Shown piece by piece: positions 63,742 to 64,000 of a stretch of 64,000 nucleotides of DNA (position 1 is the stretch's first letter; each line of letters begins with the position of its first letter). Position numbers and translations under genes: made by a program. The notes under the pieces were generated by a model, which worked only from the letters and a program-made list of their open reading frames with translations, did no database searches and was not told where the DNA came from. The DNA comes from Octopus sinensis (Eukaryota), in assembly GCF_006345805.1 (NCBI RefSeq), contig NC_042998.1, positions 58,962,001 through 59,026,000 on the forward strand, in the 5' to 3' direction.

Positions 63742-64000
63742 TATATATACACAAATTAGTAAATAAATGGCACAACTAAGTACCGATATTTACTGGAAAT
63801 AGCGAACGTAAAAATACGACGCTAAAGTGTAGCTTCACCGCGTATGTATTAGTAAAAATGCGTGTGTGCAACAAAATAGAGAAAAAAACCGTCTTACCTC
63901 CAGGGAGAACATCTGAAAGATGAAACACCCGGAAAATGGATAATGTGGTACCTGCAGGTTTCAGGTTTTGCAAGATATGTCTCTCACCCATATTTGCTTT

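Overview
AT-rich, microsatellite-dense eukaryotic genomic DNA. The SINE families and repeat landscape look like a coleoid cephalopod (Octopus-like); this is inferred from recognised repeat motifs and was not checked against a database. The only host gene visible is the large first coding exon (TM1-TM6) of an alpha-1 adrenergic receptor orthologue on the minus strand (10930-11953). It ends at a splice donor at the same TM6 position as the vertebrate ADRA1 intron, and its second exon is not in the window. The rest is a nested transposon landscape. DNA elements include Tigger/pogo, three mariners, MITEs, hAT relics, Helitrons and a long-TIR foldback element. Retroelements include RTE, RTE-X, CR1-like, Tx1/L1, a cluster of R4/Dong-type restriction-like-endonuclease LINEs at (AAT)n tracts, and several tRNA-derived SINE families. 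Three things stand out. (1) Short elements inserted in (TA)n tracts, probably Penelope-like (PLE) termini, carry hammerhead ribozyme (HHR) motifs from at least five sequence families: one fully canonical, one with a U3-A8 covariant core, one fused to a tRNA-like Pol III head in a head-to-head palindrome, and one (63389-63454) with all hammerhead strands present in an order matching none of types I/II/III. (2) A Tx1-clade LINE sits inside a SINE head, and its 3' end is homologous to the tail of a SINE subfamily that forms a tandem array joined at SINE heads, suggesting a SINE-targeting LINE/SINE pair. (3) There are several palindromes and inversion structures at retroelement ends. All structural and homology calls were made by eye; no alignment, folding or database search was run.
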